Shown: positions 19,562 to 28,161, counted from the stretch's first letter. The stretch: DNA of 64,000 nucleotides from an uncultured Candidatus Saccharibacteria bacterium (GCA_964584895.1 CAZPAW010000001.1:270183-334182); one strand, 5' to 3'. Translations and numbers: made by a program. The notes: generated from the sequence alone by a model not told the origin.

Positions 19562-20059
19562 ATGAGTGATTCATATCAGATCGTAGACGAACAAGACAAC
19601 CTGATTGGCCATAAGAAGCGAGAAGACATAGATCCAAAAAACGATATCTATAGAATCGGGGCATTGTGGTTGACCAATTCATCGGGGCAAATATTGATTG
19701 CTCAGAGAGTTTTGACTAAGGATAAAGACCCGGGGAAATGGGGTCCAGCTGCAGCGGGTACTATGGAAGAGGGGGAGACGTATGAATCTAATATTTATAA
19801 AGAAGCCGAGGAAGAAATCGGACTGAAGGATATCGAACTTAATATCGGACCAAGGCAAAGATTTAGAGAACCGCGACAAGCATTTTGTCAGTGGTATACC
19901 GCGGTATGTGATTGGCCAGAGAAAAACTTCGTCTTACAAGCTAATGAAGTTGCAAGAGTTAAATGGATTGACCCTAAAGAGCTAAGAGAAGATGTTGAGA
20001 ATCACCCAGAAAAATATGTGCCAGGGATGAAATCAGAAATAGACTTATTTAATATCTAG
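19562..20059 (+). CDS. NUDIX hydrolase
   Basis: Nudix box GTMEEGETYESNIYKEAEEEIG. ATG 19562 is preferred over the TTG at 19550 used by the track. Confidence 0.8.
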   Translation: MSDSYQIVDEQDNLIGHKKREDIDPKNDIYRIGALWLTNSSGQILIAQRVLTKDKDPGKWGPAAAGTMEEGETYESNIYKEAEEEIGLKDIELNIGPRQRFREPRQAFCQWYTAVCDWPEKNFVLQANEVARVKWIDPKELREDVENHPEKYVPGMKSEIDLFNI

Positions 20060-20130
20060 GCAGGGGCGGCTTCTTGGGCTACGGCTTGATTTGAGACAGT
20101 TACTTTACCAGGCACGGTAGCTTCTTTGAC
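20053..20130. repeat. Direct repeat copy 2 (authentic 3' end of the PRC-barrel gene; contains both convergent stop codons)
   Basis: 78 nt matching 19421..19499. A CTAG at 20056-20059 serves as the stop for both convergent genes. Confidence 0.85.
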
Positions 20131-20604
20131 TATGATTCTTTTATGAGTTATCTCAATGATTTGGCTTCGGTCAACAATCAGACTACCACCACTAAAGCTT
20201 TTTACGATTGATTGCCCTACGTAGAGCTTTTGTATGAAAAATCCCATCTTTTCAAAGGCGTAATCAGTTACTTTACCCAAACGTTTTTTATCTTCTGTAT
20301 AGACTGTCTTGCCAATTAGCTCGAAATTGAGATCAAGAATTGGTTTTAATCGTATTAGATCGTCAGGATTGCTGATGGCATCATGATCATTAACTGCGAA
20401 TCCCTGAGGTATGATGTCTCGTACGTCTTGAGAAAGTAGTATACCATCAGTTTTTCGATTAATATCACTAGCATGCCAGCCTTCGATCTTGAGATTATTG
20501 GGGTTTACGATAATTGAAGTCACAGTTGCAACAGGTGCACTAGTCCGAAGACTCAATACGGGTTTATTTAGTAGTTGTTGTCCCAGAATCATTATCATAA
20601 TCAT
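20056..20604 (-). CDS. PRC-barrel domain protein
   Basis: LLNKPVLSLRTSAPVATVTSIIVNPNNLKIEGW and a second barrel-like half. Start uncertain: ATGs at 20604, 20598 and 20592 follow a TATAAT box, and the track start at 20655 leaves no promoter space. Confidence 0.55.
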   Translation of the reverse strand: MIMIMILGQQLLNKPVLSLRTSAPVATVTSIIVNPNNLKIEGWHASDINRKTDGILLSQDVRDIIPQGFAVNDHDAISNPDDLIRLKPILDLNFELIGKTVYTEDKKRLGKVTDYAFEKMGFFIQKLYVGQSIVKSFSGGSLIVDRSQIIEITHKRIIVKEATVPGKVTVSNQAVAQEAAPA

Positions 20605-20663
20605 TATACAGCTTCGGGGAATAGTTTTGAAACGTTGCAAATAATAAGGTAACATCTTTGCAG

Positions 20664-21128
20664 ATGAAGACTAGAGCAAAACGCCAAATTACATCCGTTA
20701 GCCCTGATCAAACTGAAAAAATCGCCGAAAAAATCGGAAATAGTTTAAAGGGCGGCGAAGTGATTGAATTAAGCAGTGATTTAGGTGGCGGAAAGACGAC
20801 ATTTGTACGAGGATTAGCACGTGGCGCGGGGTCAGTGGACAATGTTTCTAGCCCGTCTTTTACGATAAAGAATGTATACAATGCTACAAAATTTGAGATT
20901 TGGCATTTTGATTTTTATAGATTAGATAATTCTGGCATGACCGGTCTAGAACTATCTGATGCAATTGGCGATCAAAATATTGTCACGGTCATTGAATGGG
21001 CCAAAGATACGGGCGATATTTTGCCGGACTCTAGATTAAAGATTGATTTTTTTCCTACTGATGATGATTCTAGAAAATTAATAATTGATTATCCAAGTGA
21101 GTTAGAATATCTATTAGAGCTATTATGA
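20664..21128 (+). CDS. tsaE: tRNA t6A37 biosynthesis ATPase TsaE
   Basis: Walker A-like GDLGGGKTTFVRGLARG and the SPSFT motif. Confidence 0.85.
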   Translation: MKTRAKRQITSVSPDQTEKIAEKIGNSLKGGEVIELSSDLGGGKTTFVRGLARGAGSVDNVSSPSFTIKNVYNATKFEIWHFDFYRLDNSGMTGLELSDAIGDQNIVTVIEWAKDTGDILPDSRLKIDFFPTDDDSRKLIIDYPSELEYLLELL

Positions 21129-21514
21129 TTATATCTTTTAGGACAGACAAACCAGAGGCAGAAATTGCGTTATTCGATAACGAAAAAAAGATTGATGAAA
21201 TAATTTGGCAAGCACATAGAGAATTAGGCAACACAATTCATAAAAAAATCGATGAATTGCTAACACGTAACAATCTAGAATTGAATAATTTAACCGGGAT
21301 AGTCTGTTTTAAGGGTCCGGGTAGTTTTACTGGTCTGCGAATTGGGTTGACGGTGGCAAACACGATGGCCATGGAGCTATCTATACCAATAGTCGGAGCA
21401 ATGGGCGCCGACTGGCAAGCAGAAGCTATTAAAAAAATAAATTCTGGCGAGAATCAAGAATTAATATTGCCAGAATATGGTCAAGACCCGCAAATCACGA
21501 AGCAGAAAAAATAA
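21125..21514 (+). CDS. tsaB: TsaB-like protein (short, N-terminal domain only)
   Basis: GPGSFTGLRIGLTVANTMA. Only 129 aa, versus about 230 in model bacteria. ATGA overlap with tsaE. Confidence 0.75.
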   Translation: MIISFRTDKPEAEIALFDNEKKIDEIIWQAHRELGNTIHKKIDELLTRNNLELNNLTGIVCFKGPGSFTGLRIGLTVANTMAMELSIPIVGAMGADWQAEAIKKINSGENQELILPEYGQDPQITKQKK

Positions 21515-21695
21515 TTAGCATTGTCGTTTTGACGTGCTTGGATTATCATTATATATAGGAATACAGACGACGTTTTGGACGTGTAATCCGAAAGTGAATT
21601 TTAGTAATAATTGATAAATCCGAGATATATTTGCCAACTAAAGAAGTGATAGTGATTGTTAGCTGATATGCCGGAGCAACAGGGAAGGACGGGAT

Positions 21696-23210
21696 ATGGA
21701 ACCAATTAGCCTAATTTTGGCAGTAGTTGGTATTGGCGCCGGTTTTGGCGTTAGTACATATGTACAAAAACAAAAATCAGGAGCAGTTGAAGAAAAGGCA
21801 AAAAAAGAACTAGATAAAGCGAAGAAAGAGGCAGATAGCTTAATTTCTAAAGCAAAAACAGAGGCTCACGAAATCGCTGATGCCGCAAGAAAAGAAGAGC
21901 AATCCCGTCGTCGTGAGACAAAGGATGTTGAAAAACGATTGCTTGACCGTGAAGAATCGCTAGATAAAAAGCTAGACGAGATTGATAAGCGAACAGAGAA
22001 AGTCCGAAAATCTGAAGAGGAAATCGAGTCTCTAAAAGAAGAGATTAGAGTTATCCGCAAAAAACAACAAGAGAAATTAGAGAAGGTTGCCAAGCTGACT
22101 AAAGCCGATGCCGCCGACAAACTAATGAAAATGACAGAGCGTGATATCAAAAACGATCTGTTAAGTTTAATTGCAAAAATGCAAAACGAAGCAAAAGATA
22201 CAGCCGAGGACAAGGCTGCCTTTATTATTACTAGCGCGATGGAGCGCATGGCTAGCGAGGTAACGGCAGAGCGCACAATTACTTCAATAAAGCTAGAAGA
22301 TGAAGAAATGAAGGGTCGAATCATTGGTAAAGAAGGTCGAAATATTCAGGCTTTGCAACGCGCAACTGGCGTGGACATTATGGTAGATGATACCCCTGGA
22401 TATGTTGTATTATCCAGTTTTGATCCTGTACGACGAGAGGTGGCTCGACAAACATTAGAAGCACTATTAAAAGATGGGCGATTTCATCCTGGAAGAATTG
22501 AAGAAGCTGTTGAAAAAGCCCAAAAGAACGTTCAAAAAGACGTTATGCGGGCAGGTGAAGATGCGGCGCGAGACGTGGGTATTGTTGGAATACCAAAAGA
22601 AGTTTTGCAGTTAATCGGCGAGCTAAAATACAGAACGTCGTATGGTCAGAATGTACTAAAGCATAGTACTGAGATGGCGCATATTGCTGGTGTAATTGCA
22701 GAAGAGGTGGGGGCGGATGTAAAAACCGCCAAATATGCTGCACTTATTCATGATATGGGCAAGGCTTTAACGCACAAGATAGAGGGCAAGCATCATCATA
22801 TTAGTGGTGAGATGGCTAGAAAATATGGTGTTCCAGAAGCTGTAGCTCATGCAGCAGAGGCACATCATGACGATGTCGAAGCTACAACAACTGAGGCATT
22901 AATCGTACGTGTAGTTGATGCGATTAGCGCGTCTCGTCCGGGAGCCCGAAATATTAGCGCCGAGAACTTTGTAGAGAGAATGAAAGATCTAGAGAATGTG
23001 GCTACAGGCTTCCCTGGAATCGAAAAAGCCTACGCAATTAGTGCGGGCCGAGAAATCCGAGTGTTTGTTCGACCAAAAGACGTTGACGATCTGAACGCTA
23101 TAAAGCTAGCGCGAGATATTGCGAATAAGGTTGAGTCTACAATGCAGTATCCAGGGACTATAAAGGTTAATGTTATTCGTGAGACCCGCGCCGTAGAGTT
23201 CGCTAAATAA
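21696..23210 (+). CDS. rny: Ribonuclease Y
   Basis: N-terminal TM, Lys/Glu-rich coiled coil, KH (GRIIGKEGRNIQAL) and HD domain (ALIHDMGK). Confidence 0.9.
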   Translation: MEPISLILAVVGIGAGFGVSTYVQKQKSGAVEEKAKKELDKAKKEADSLISKAKTEAHEIADAARKEEQSRRRETKDVEKRLLDREESLDKKLDEIDKRTEKVRKSEEEIESLKEEIRVIRKKQQEKLEKVAKLTKADAADKLMKMTERDIKNDLLSLIAKMQNEAKDTAEDKAAFIITSAMERMASEVTAERTITSIKLEDEEMKGRIIGKEGRNIQALQRATGVDIMVDDTPGYVVLSSFDPVRREVARQTLEALLKDGRFHPGRIEEAVEKAQKNVQKDVMRAGEDAARDVGIVGIPKEVLQLIGELKYRTSYGQNVLKHSTEMAHIAGVIAEEVGADVKTAKYAALIHDMGKALTHKIEGKHHHISGEMARKYGVPEAVAHAAEAHHDDVEATTTEALIVRVVDAISASRPGARNISAENFVERMKDLENVATGFPGIEKAYAISAGREIRVFVRPKDVDDLNAIKLARDIANKVESTMQYPGTIKVNVIRETRAVEFAK

Positions 23211-23231
23211 CTTATAATATCAGAGGAAATT

Positions 23232-23642
23232 ATGACTACAACGGAAAATCCTATAGCCAAAACTTTCATTGTTTGTGGAGTTGTAATTCAAAAAGACGGT
23301 AAGTATTTACTTGTACAAGAAAAACAGCCCAAAGCCTATAAACTATGGAATTTACCGGCAGGTCGTGTTGATGAAGGCGAAACATTAGAACAGGCAGCTG
23401 TTCGTGAAGCCGAGGAAGAGTGTGGGTTAAAAGTTGAACTTGGGGAACATTTGCTAACATTGCACAAAACTGTCGAGACGCCAGTACTGCATTCATTTAG
23501 AGCAAAGAGTTTTACTGGAGAAGTTAAATATCCTGACGATGAGATTCTTGATGCGCAGTGGTTTACTCTTGAGGAGATTGAATCAATGAAAGACAAACTT
23601 CGAAATCAAGAATATATTCTAGGCTCAATCAGACTAGCGTAA
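23232..23642 (+). CDS. NUDIX hydrolase
   Basis: Nudix box GRVDEGETLEQAAVREAEEECG. Confidence 0.8.
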   Translation: MTTTENPIAKTFIVCGVVIQKDGKYLLVQEKQPKAYKLWNLPAGRVDEGETLEQAAVREAEEECGLKVELGEHLLTLHKTVETPVLHSFRAKSFTGEVKYPDDEILDAQWFTLEEIESMKDKLRNQEYILGSIRLA

Positions 23643-23647
23643 TAACA

Positions 23648-24184
23648 ATGAAAAAAATATATTTTGTTCGGCATGGGGAAACTGAGGCGAATGTTGCTAA
23701 AATTCTTGCCGGCGGTGAGTACGAATCGCCTCTAACAGAAAATGGAAAATCTCAGGCCCAAAAAGCCGGTAAAAAACTAAAGCATAAGGATATCGATGTA
23801 ATCGTGTGCTCGCCAATGGAACGGACTATCGATACCGCAACTATTATTGCAAAAGAGATTGGAATAAATCCAAAAGATATAATTATCGATAAAGCGTTTA
23901 TCGAAGTTTACAATCAATACTATTCAGGCAAATCGTACGAAACCCTTCAACAACATATCGAACAAGGCAAGCTTGTAGATGACATTGAAAAACCTGATAG
24001 CGTAAAGGCGCGAGTGCAAGAAGGGATTGATAGAATCAAAAAATTTCCAGGAAAGAATATAGTCCTTGTTAGTCATGGTGGTACGGGGCGGATGGTTAGG
24101 GCAGTGATTGATAATATTCCTCACCACGATTTTATGGATCATGAAAAGTTTGAAAACGCCGAAATCTACGAATTCTATCTTTAA
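23648..24184 (+). CDS. Histidine phosphatase family protein (phosphoglycerate mutase-like)
   Basis: N-terminal RHGETEAN catalytic motif and a later SHGG. Confidence 0.8.
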   Translation: MKKIYFVRHGETEANVAKILAGGEYESPLTENGKSQAQKAGKKLKHKDIDVIVCSPMERTIDTATIIAKEIGINPKDIIIDKAFIEVYNQYYSGKSYETLQQHIEQGKLVDDIEKPDSVKARVQEGIDRIKKFPGKNIVLVSHGGTGRMVRAVIDNIPHHDFMDHEKFENAEIYEFYL

Positions 24185-24220
24185 GCGTTAAAAATTAGGT
24201 TTTTATAATTAGACCTATTG

Positions 24221-25027
24221 TTATTTTGGTCTCTTTTTTGCGTATTCTATCGGGAATCTAACAGGCATAATCTCTTTGCGTATCGCGCGAAATGGCATAA
24301 ATAGAATCCTGTTAGATGGATCGTATTCGTCTATGCTTCCTTCTGTATCGAAACCGCTTGCTTGAAGTGTATCGGTGACTGCCTTTGTATCGATAGGGCC
24401 TGAATATGCAGAGAGTCGGTCTTCTGATCTGGTTCTCATAATGTTATTTATTCCAATGACACCATCTGCAGCTAGTCGATTAGTAGCTTGTTCTAGGGCG
24501 GAAATTGGATCAGCAAAATGAGCAAATGCCCATCTACTGAAAATCAAATCAAAATCGTTTTTCAGATCTGTAACTTGATCTAGATTATTTGCATCGCCTA
24601 AAAGGTATGCTCCATGCGGCAATTTGTCTATAGTCCTAGATTTGCAACTCGGTATTTTCCTGTAGTCGTGTAAAGACAGTCCTTGGGCGTCATGACCTTT
24701 TTTAATACACTTTAATACAAATGTTGCTTCCCCGGCGCCTATATCTAAAATCCGTAGTGGCCTGCCGCGTTCTGCAGACATCTGTTTTACGAACTGAGAC
24801 ATCCAAGATACGCCAGTATATAAGCCATCTAGCCCGACACTACTTGCTTCATAATCCGTACTTTCGCCATTATATCTATAGCTCGGCGGAAAGCCTTCCT
24901 GTGCGTGGGCTTCATCTAGAGAGATCACCTCTTTTAGCCATTCTGGACGACGTTCGTGCATAGGCAAAGACATCGGATCGACATCTGACGGAGCTACTGT
25001 TACTTCTTTGCTATTAACAGATCCCAT
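24221..25027 (-). CDS. Class I SAM-dependent methyltransferase
   Basis: Motif I ILDIGAGEATF, with acidic residues after beta-2 and beta-4. Confidence 0.6.
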   Translation of the reverse strand: MGSVNSKEVTVAPSDVDPMSLPMHERRPEWLKEVISLDEAHAQEGFPPSYRYNGESTDYEASSVGLDGLYTGVSWMSQFVKQMSAERGRPLRILDIGAGEATFVLKCIKKGHDAQGLSLHDYRKIPSCKSRTIDKLPHGAYLLGDANNLDQVTDLKNDFDLIFSRWAFAHFADPISALEQATNRLAADGVIGINNIMRTRSEDRLSAYSGPIDTKAVTDTLQASGFDTEGSIDEYDPSNRILFMPFRAIRKEIMPVRFPIEYAKKRPK

Positions 25028-25177
25028 AAGATATATATTATAGCATCAACTATATCAAGTGTCAATCTATTTTGATATGTACTATTTTGCCTGGGTACAG
25101 TTTTTTAGTAATCCATAGATTTAAGAATCAAAATACTTTCTGGTACTGCTATTTTTTATCTGTTAAAATAGTTGAGT

Positions 25178-25193
25178 TCGGGGTATGGCGCAG
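25178..25193 (+). repeat. 16-nt duplicate of the tRNA-Pro 5' end
   Basis: TCGGGGTATGGCGCAG is identical to 25284..25299. It lies 106 nt upstream of the real gene and is followed by a 12-bp hairpin ATGAGACAAACC/GGTTTTTCTCAT. Confidence 0.8.
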
Positions 25194-25284
25194 CTCTAAT
25201 GAGACAAACCTAAGGTTTTTCTCATCGCGCCGGCAAAATGGAATACATTTTAGTCGGGCTGCTCTTTTCCGAACAGCCTTTAAT

Positions 25285-25361
25285 CGGGGTATGGCGCAGT
25301 TGGCTAGCGCGCGCGGTTTGGGACCGCGAGGTCGCAGGTTCGAGTCCTGCTACCCCGACCA
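25285..25361 (+). tRNA. tRNA-Pro (UGG)
   Basis: Manual cloverleaf: acceptor CGGGGTA/TACCCCG, D stem GCGC/GCGC, anticodon stem CGCGG/CCGCG, loop TTTGGGA, T arm GCAGG-TTCGAGT-CCTGC, encoded CCA. Confidence 0.9.
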
Positions 25362-25521
25362 ACTAAAATCGATCGTCTTTAGACGGTCGTTTTTAGTTTA
25401 TTGAGCAACAGACTCGGTTCTGCGACTCAGATTTTCTTTAGAAAATATGAAAAGTCACAGGTTCGGTCGACAAGCCCACTCGCAGAAATTTATTCCGAGC
25501 ATGGGTGCAGTCGTGCGTTGC

Positions 25522-25534
25522 CCTGCTACCCCGA
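25522..25534 (+). repeat. 13-nt duplicate of the tRNA-Pro 3' end
   Basis: CCTGCTACCCCGA is identical to 25346..25358, at an offset of 176 nt. Confidence 0.7.
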
Positions 25535-25547
25535 TCACAAATCGAAA

Positions 25548-25973
25548 TTATTTTTTTTGACGAATTAACTCCTTAACTTTTGCTTCAATCTCTCGCTTTG
25601 CCTTACGAGTTGCACTAATTCCGCGATCCATTGGGTCACTCACTTCCCAATAAACATAGCGGGGATGCTTACTTAGCCATTCAGGTGTATATTCGGGCTG
25701 AGCCATACTAATGATTTTGTCGTATTCATCTAGCATGTCTTCGTCAATTTGGGTACGAGTGTTCTTTGAAACATCAATTCCCTCATCTTCTTTCATAACA
25801 TCTATGATGTAGGTGCCGCCTCGACGACTACGCCTTTCGGATAATGTTTTACCGGGGTGCATTACTTCCGTTCCAGCTGACTTAGCATCTTTAGTTCCAG
25901 TCAGCTTATTGTATAATTCGGCAGCTATTTGGCTTCTGCCTACGTTTGCCCAACATACAAACAGGATTTTCAT
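25548..25973 (-). CDS. Low-molecular-weight phosphotyrosine phosphatase / ArsC-like protein
   Basis: N-terminal CX5R(S) P-loop: ILFVCWANVGRSQIA. Confidence 0.75.
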   Translation of the reverse strand: MKILFVCWANVGRSQIAAELYNKLTGTKDAKSAGTEVMHPGKTLSERRSRRGGTYIIDVMKEDEGIDVSKNTRTQIDEDMLDEYDKIISMAQPEYTPEWLSKHPRYVYWEVSDPMDRGISATRKAKREIEAKVKELIRQKK

Positions 25974-26068
25974 ATTTTTAGTTTAACAGATATGTTATTA
26001 GTTCGAGCTGCGTCCGTTCGGCGCGAGCATATTCTGAATGTGATAAGCGATTGAAAACAGTGTTCTTT

Positions 26069-26077
26069 TGTTATAGT
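26069..26077 (+). promoter_or_regulatory. Extended -10 box (TGtTATAGT), 6 nt before ATG 26084
   Basis: TGn plus a -10-like hexamer; the gap to the start codon is 6 nt. Confidence 0.45.
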
Positions 26078-26083
26078 GAAAGC

Positions 26084-26335
26084 ATGAAAAAGCCACTAAT
26101 TTTTATTTTGCTGGGTCTTGCTTTCTTTGTTTTGCCTGTAAGTGTTGTTATTTATGGGCATGTTGTTTATAACACGGCACAGTGTATTAGTACTTTTGAA
26201 GGCCAATACTCGTTAGTGTGTAGGACGGGCGGATCACCACGCTTAAGCATTATATTTTTGACCCTATCATTCATAGGGCTGATACTTATAGTTATTGGAA
26301 TACTAACGTATTTAAGAAAAACACAACGTCACTAG
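26084..26335 (+). CDS. Small two-TM membrane protein
   Basis: MKKPLIFILLGLAFFVLPV and a C-terminal TM. Start set by the -10 box position. Confidence 0.4.
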   Translation: MKKPLIFILLGLAFFVLPVSVVIYGHVVYNTAQCISTFEGQYSLVCRTGGSPRLSIIFLTLSFIGLILIVIGILTYLRKTQRH

Positions 26336-26400
26336 AGTCTAATGTCTTCAAGTATTTCTAGTTATACCGGTTCGGTGTTTTTTTAGATATAATTTTATAT

Positions 26401-26550
26401 ATGGCGATAAATCCAAAATGCGACTATTGTAAAAATGAACTAACAGAGTTTGGCGCAATATTACTGAGCCCACCTGACGAGAATAACAAAGTGGTGAAGT
26501 ACCACGTTTGTGTGAAATGTTTTGAAAAAACCAAGCCAAACGAAGATTGA
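26401..26550 (+). CDS. Small zinc-ribbon protein (49 aa), absent from the ORF track
   Basis: MAINPKCDYCKNELTEFGAILLSPPDENNKVVKYHVCVKCFEKTKPNED has two CxxC pairs. It conflicts with the track ORF 26348..26614(-), which looks non-coding. Confidence 0.4.
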   Translation: MAINPKCDYCKNELTEFGAILLSPPDENNKVVKYHVCVKCFEKTKPNED

Positions 26551-26688
26551 CATCTGTAATATATCGTGCTATTGTTAAATTAAGTTGTTTTATATGAATC
26601 CGGGTTAGTGACATGTTTTACTCGATTTCGTCTATAGCAATACAGACTAAAGAGTCGAGAATAAACTAACCAAAGGATTTTTTCTTTT

Positions 26689-27897
26689 ATGTATACAAAA
26701 CATGCGCGCCCAAATCAACGGCGTAACTACAGAAATAATAATTTTAGGAGTGTTGGTAACCGTAATCGGTCGTCAAATCGAGGTCCCCGCAAGCAATATA
26801 TTGACCCTGCAAAATATGTGAAGTCAGCTAAGCCGGTGAATCAGGTTGAGGTAGAACCAGAACATAAGTTTGCGGATTTTGATTTGGATCAGGCTATCAA
26901 AACTAATATCGAGCGTAAAAACTTTGTTAAACCATCACCTATCCAAGACCAGACAATAAAACACGCATTGCTTGGAAGAGATATTATTGGTATTGCTGAT
27001 ACAGGTACAGGTAAGACTGCGGCCTTTGCATTACCGATTATCCAAAAACTAATAAAAGATAGAAATGCTTCAGCGATAGTAATCGCACCAACACGTGAAC
27101 TCGCACAACAAATTGAGGTAGAATTTCATGATTTTGCCATTGGGCTTAATGTCCGTTCTGCCGTGCTAATTGGTGGACAGCCAATGTACAAGCAAATAAG
27201 GCAATTGTCAGCTCGCCCTCGGCTAATAATCGGTACGCCAGGACGAATTAAAGACCACATCGAACGACGAAATATTAATCTTGCCACTATTAACATTCTA
27301 GTATTAGATGAAGTTGATCGTATGCTAGATATGGGGTTTTTGCCTGATATTAGCGAGATTTTGGCCGGTTTACCAAAGCAACGTCAGTCGTTCTTTTTCT
27401 CAGCCACTATAGATCGTAAAATTGATGGGCTGATTAACGGATTTTTGATTGATCCAGTTAGAGTATCTGTAAAAACGGGTAGTACTAGTGATAACGTTGC
27501 TCAAGACGTTATGCGGTACTCTAGCGACAAGGATAAAATCGATAAACTCCATGATACTTTAATACATGATTCGACCAAAAAGACTCTAATCTTTGAAGAA
27601 ACACGTCGAAGCGTCGATCGATTAAGTAAAGAATTAGTTATCCGAGGATTTAAAGCAGATATAATTCATGGTGGAAAAACGCAAGGACAACGTCAACGAG
27701 CTCTACGTAAATTTAAACAAAACGAAACGGACATTTTAGTTGCAACTGATGTTGCGGCACGCGGTATTGATATTGCAGATATCACGCATGTAATTAATTA
27801 TTCTTTGCCACAGTCGTATGACGACTATATTCATAGAATAGGAAGGGCTGGCCGAGCAGGTCAGACAGGACAGGCTCTAACATTCGTAAAAAAATGA
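26689..27897 (+). CDS. DEAD-box ATP-dependent RNA helicase
   Basis: Q motif, AxTGTGKT, PTRELA, DEVD (DEAD variant), SAT, HRIGRAGRAG. Arg/Asn-rich N-terminal tail. Confidence 0.9.
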   Translation: MYTKHARPNQRRNYRNNNFRSVGNRNRSSNRGPRKQYIDPAKYVKSAKPVNQVEVEPEHKFADFDLDQAIKTNIERKNFVKPSPIQDQTIKHALLGRDIIGIADTGTGKTAAFALPIIQKLIKDRNASAIVIAPTRELAQQIEVEFHDFAIGLNVRSAVLIGGQPMYKQIRQLSARPRLIIGTPGRIKDHIERRNINLATINILVLDEVDRMLDMGFLPDISEILAGLPKQRQSFFFSATIDRKIDGLINGFLIDPVRVSVKTGSTSDNVAQDVMRYSSDKDKIDKLHDTLIHDSTKKTLIFEETRRSVDRLSKELVIRGFKADIIHGGKTQGQRQRALRKFKQNETDILVATDVAARGIDIADITHVINYSLPQSYDDYIHRIGRAGRAGQTGQALTFVKK

Positions 27898-28133
27898 GCG
27901 ATATAAAAGCTGAAAATCGTCTTAGCGAGGAAGAGATGCGCGAAATTCTGCACAGGATGGAGCAGAATAAAGATATGGTGACGGTATCGGCATTTCGGGC
28001 CAATAGCGAACTATGGCCTGATAATCGGATTTCTTTTACCGATGCGCATCTTGCCTATATCAAATCACATCCAGATCTTGACCCTAAACATTATTTGTCT
28101 AACTTGCGTCTTCGTTTAACAAAACGCTCTTAG
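27894..28133 (+). CDS. Hypothetical protein translationally coupled to the helicase
   Basis: 79 aa. ATGA overlap with the helicase stop. No motif recognised. Confidence 0.4.
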   Translation: MSDIKAENRLSEEEMREILHRMEQNKDMVTVSAFRANSELWPDNRISFTDAHLAYIKSHPDLDPKHYLSNLRLRLTKRS

Positions 28134-28145
28134 ATTATCTTGTAG

Positions 28146-28154
28146 TGCTACAAT
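28146..28154 (+). promoter_or_regulatory. Extended -10 box (TGcTACAAT), 7 nt before ATG 28162
   Basis: TGnTACAAT. Supports ATG 28162 rather than the GTG at 28156. Confidence 0.45.
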
Positions 28155-28161
28155 AGTGGCT

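Noticed and set aside
19347-19682. 111-aa minus-strand ORF overlapping the HD-gene end and the NUDIX start
   Set aside because: It is created by read-through of the frameshifted duplicate of the PRC-barrel gene 3' end (repeat copy 1). It overlaps two better-supported plus-strand genes.
21866-22324. 152-aa minus-strand ORF inside rny
   Set aside because: It is antisense to the Lys/Glu-rich coiled-coil region of RNase Y. Its Ser/Phe/Ile-rich low-complexity translation is the typical mirror artefact, and it has no start context.
25072-25404. 110-aa ORF spanning tRNA-Pro. The same applies to 35176..35370 across tRNA-His and 34461..34793(-) across tRNA-Arg.
   Set aside because: These ORFs run through well-folded tRNA genes and AT-rich intergenic DNA. 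There is no coding signal.
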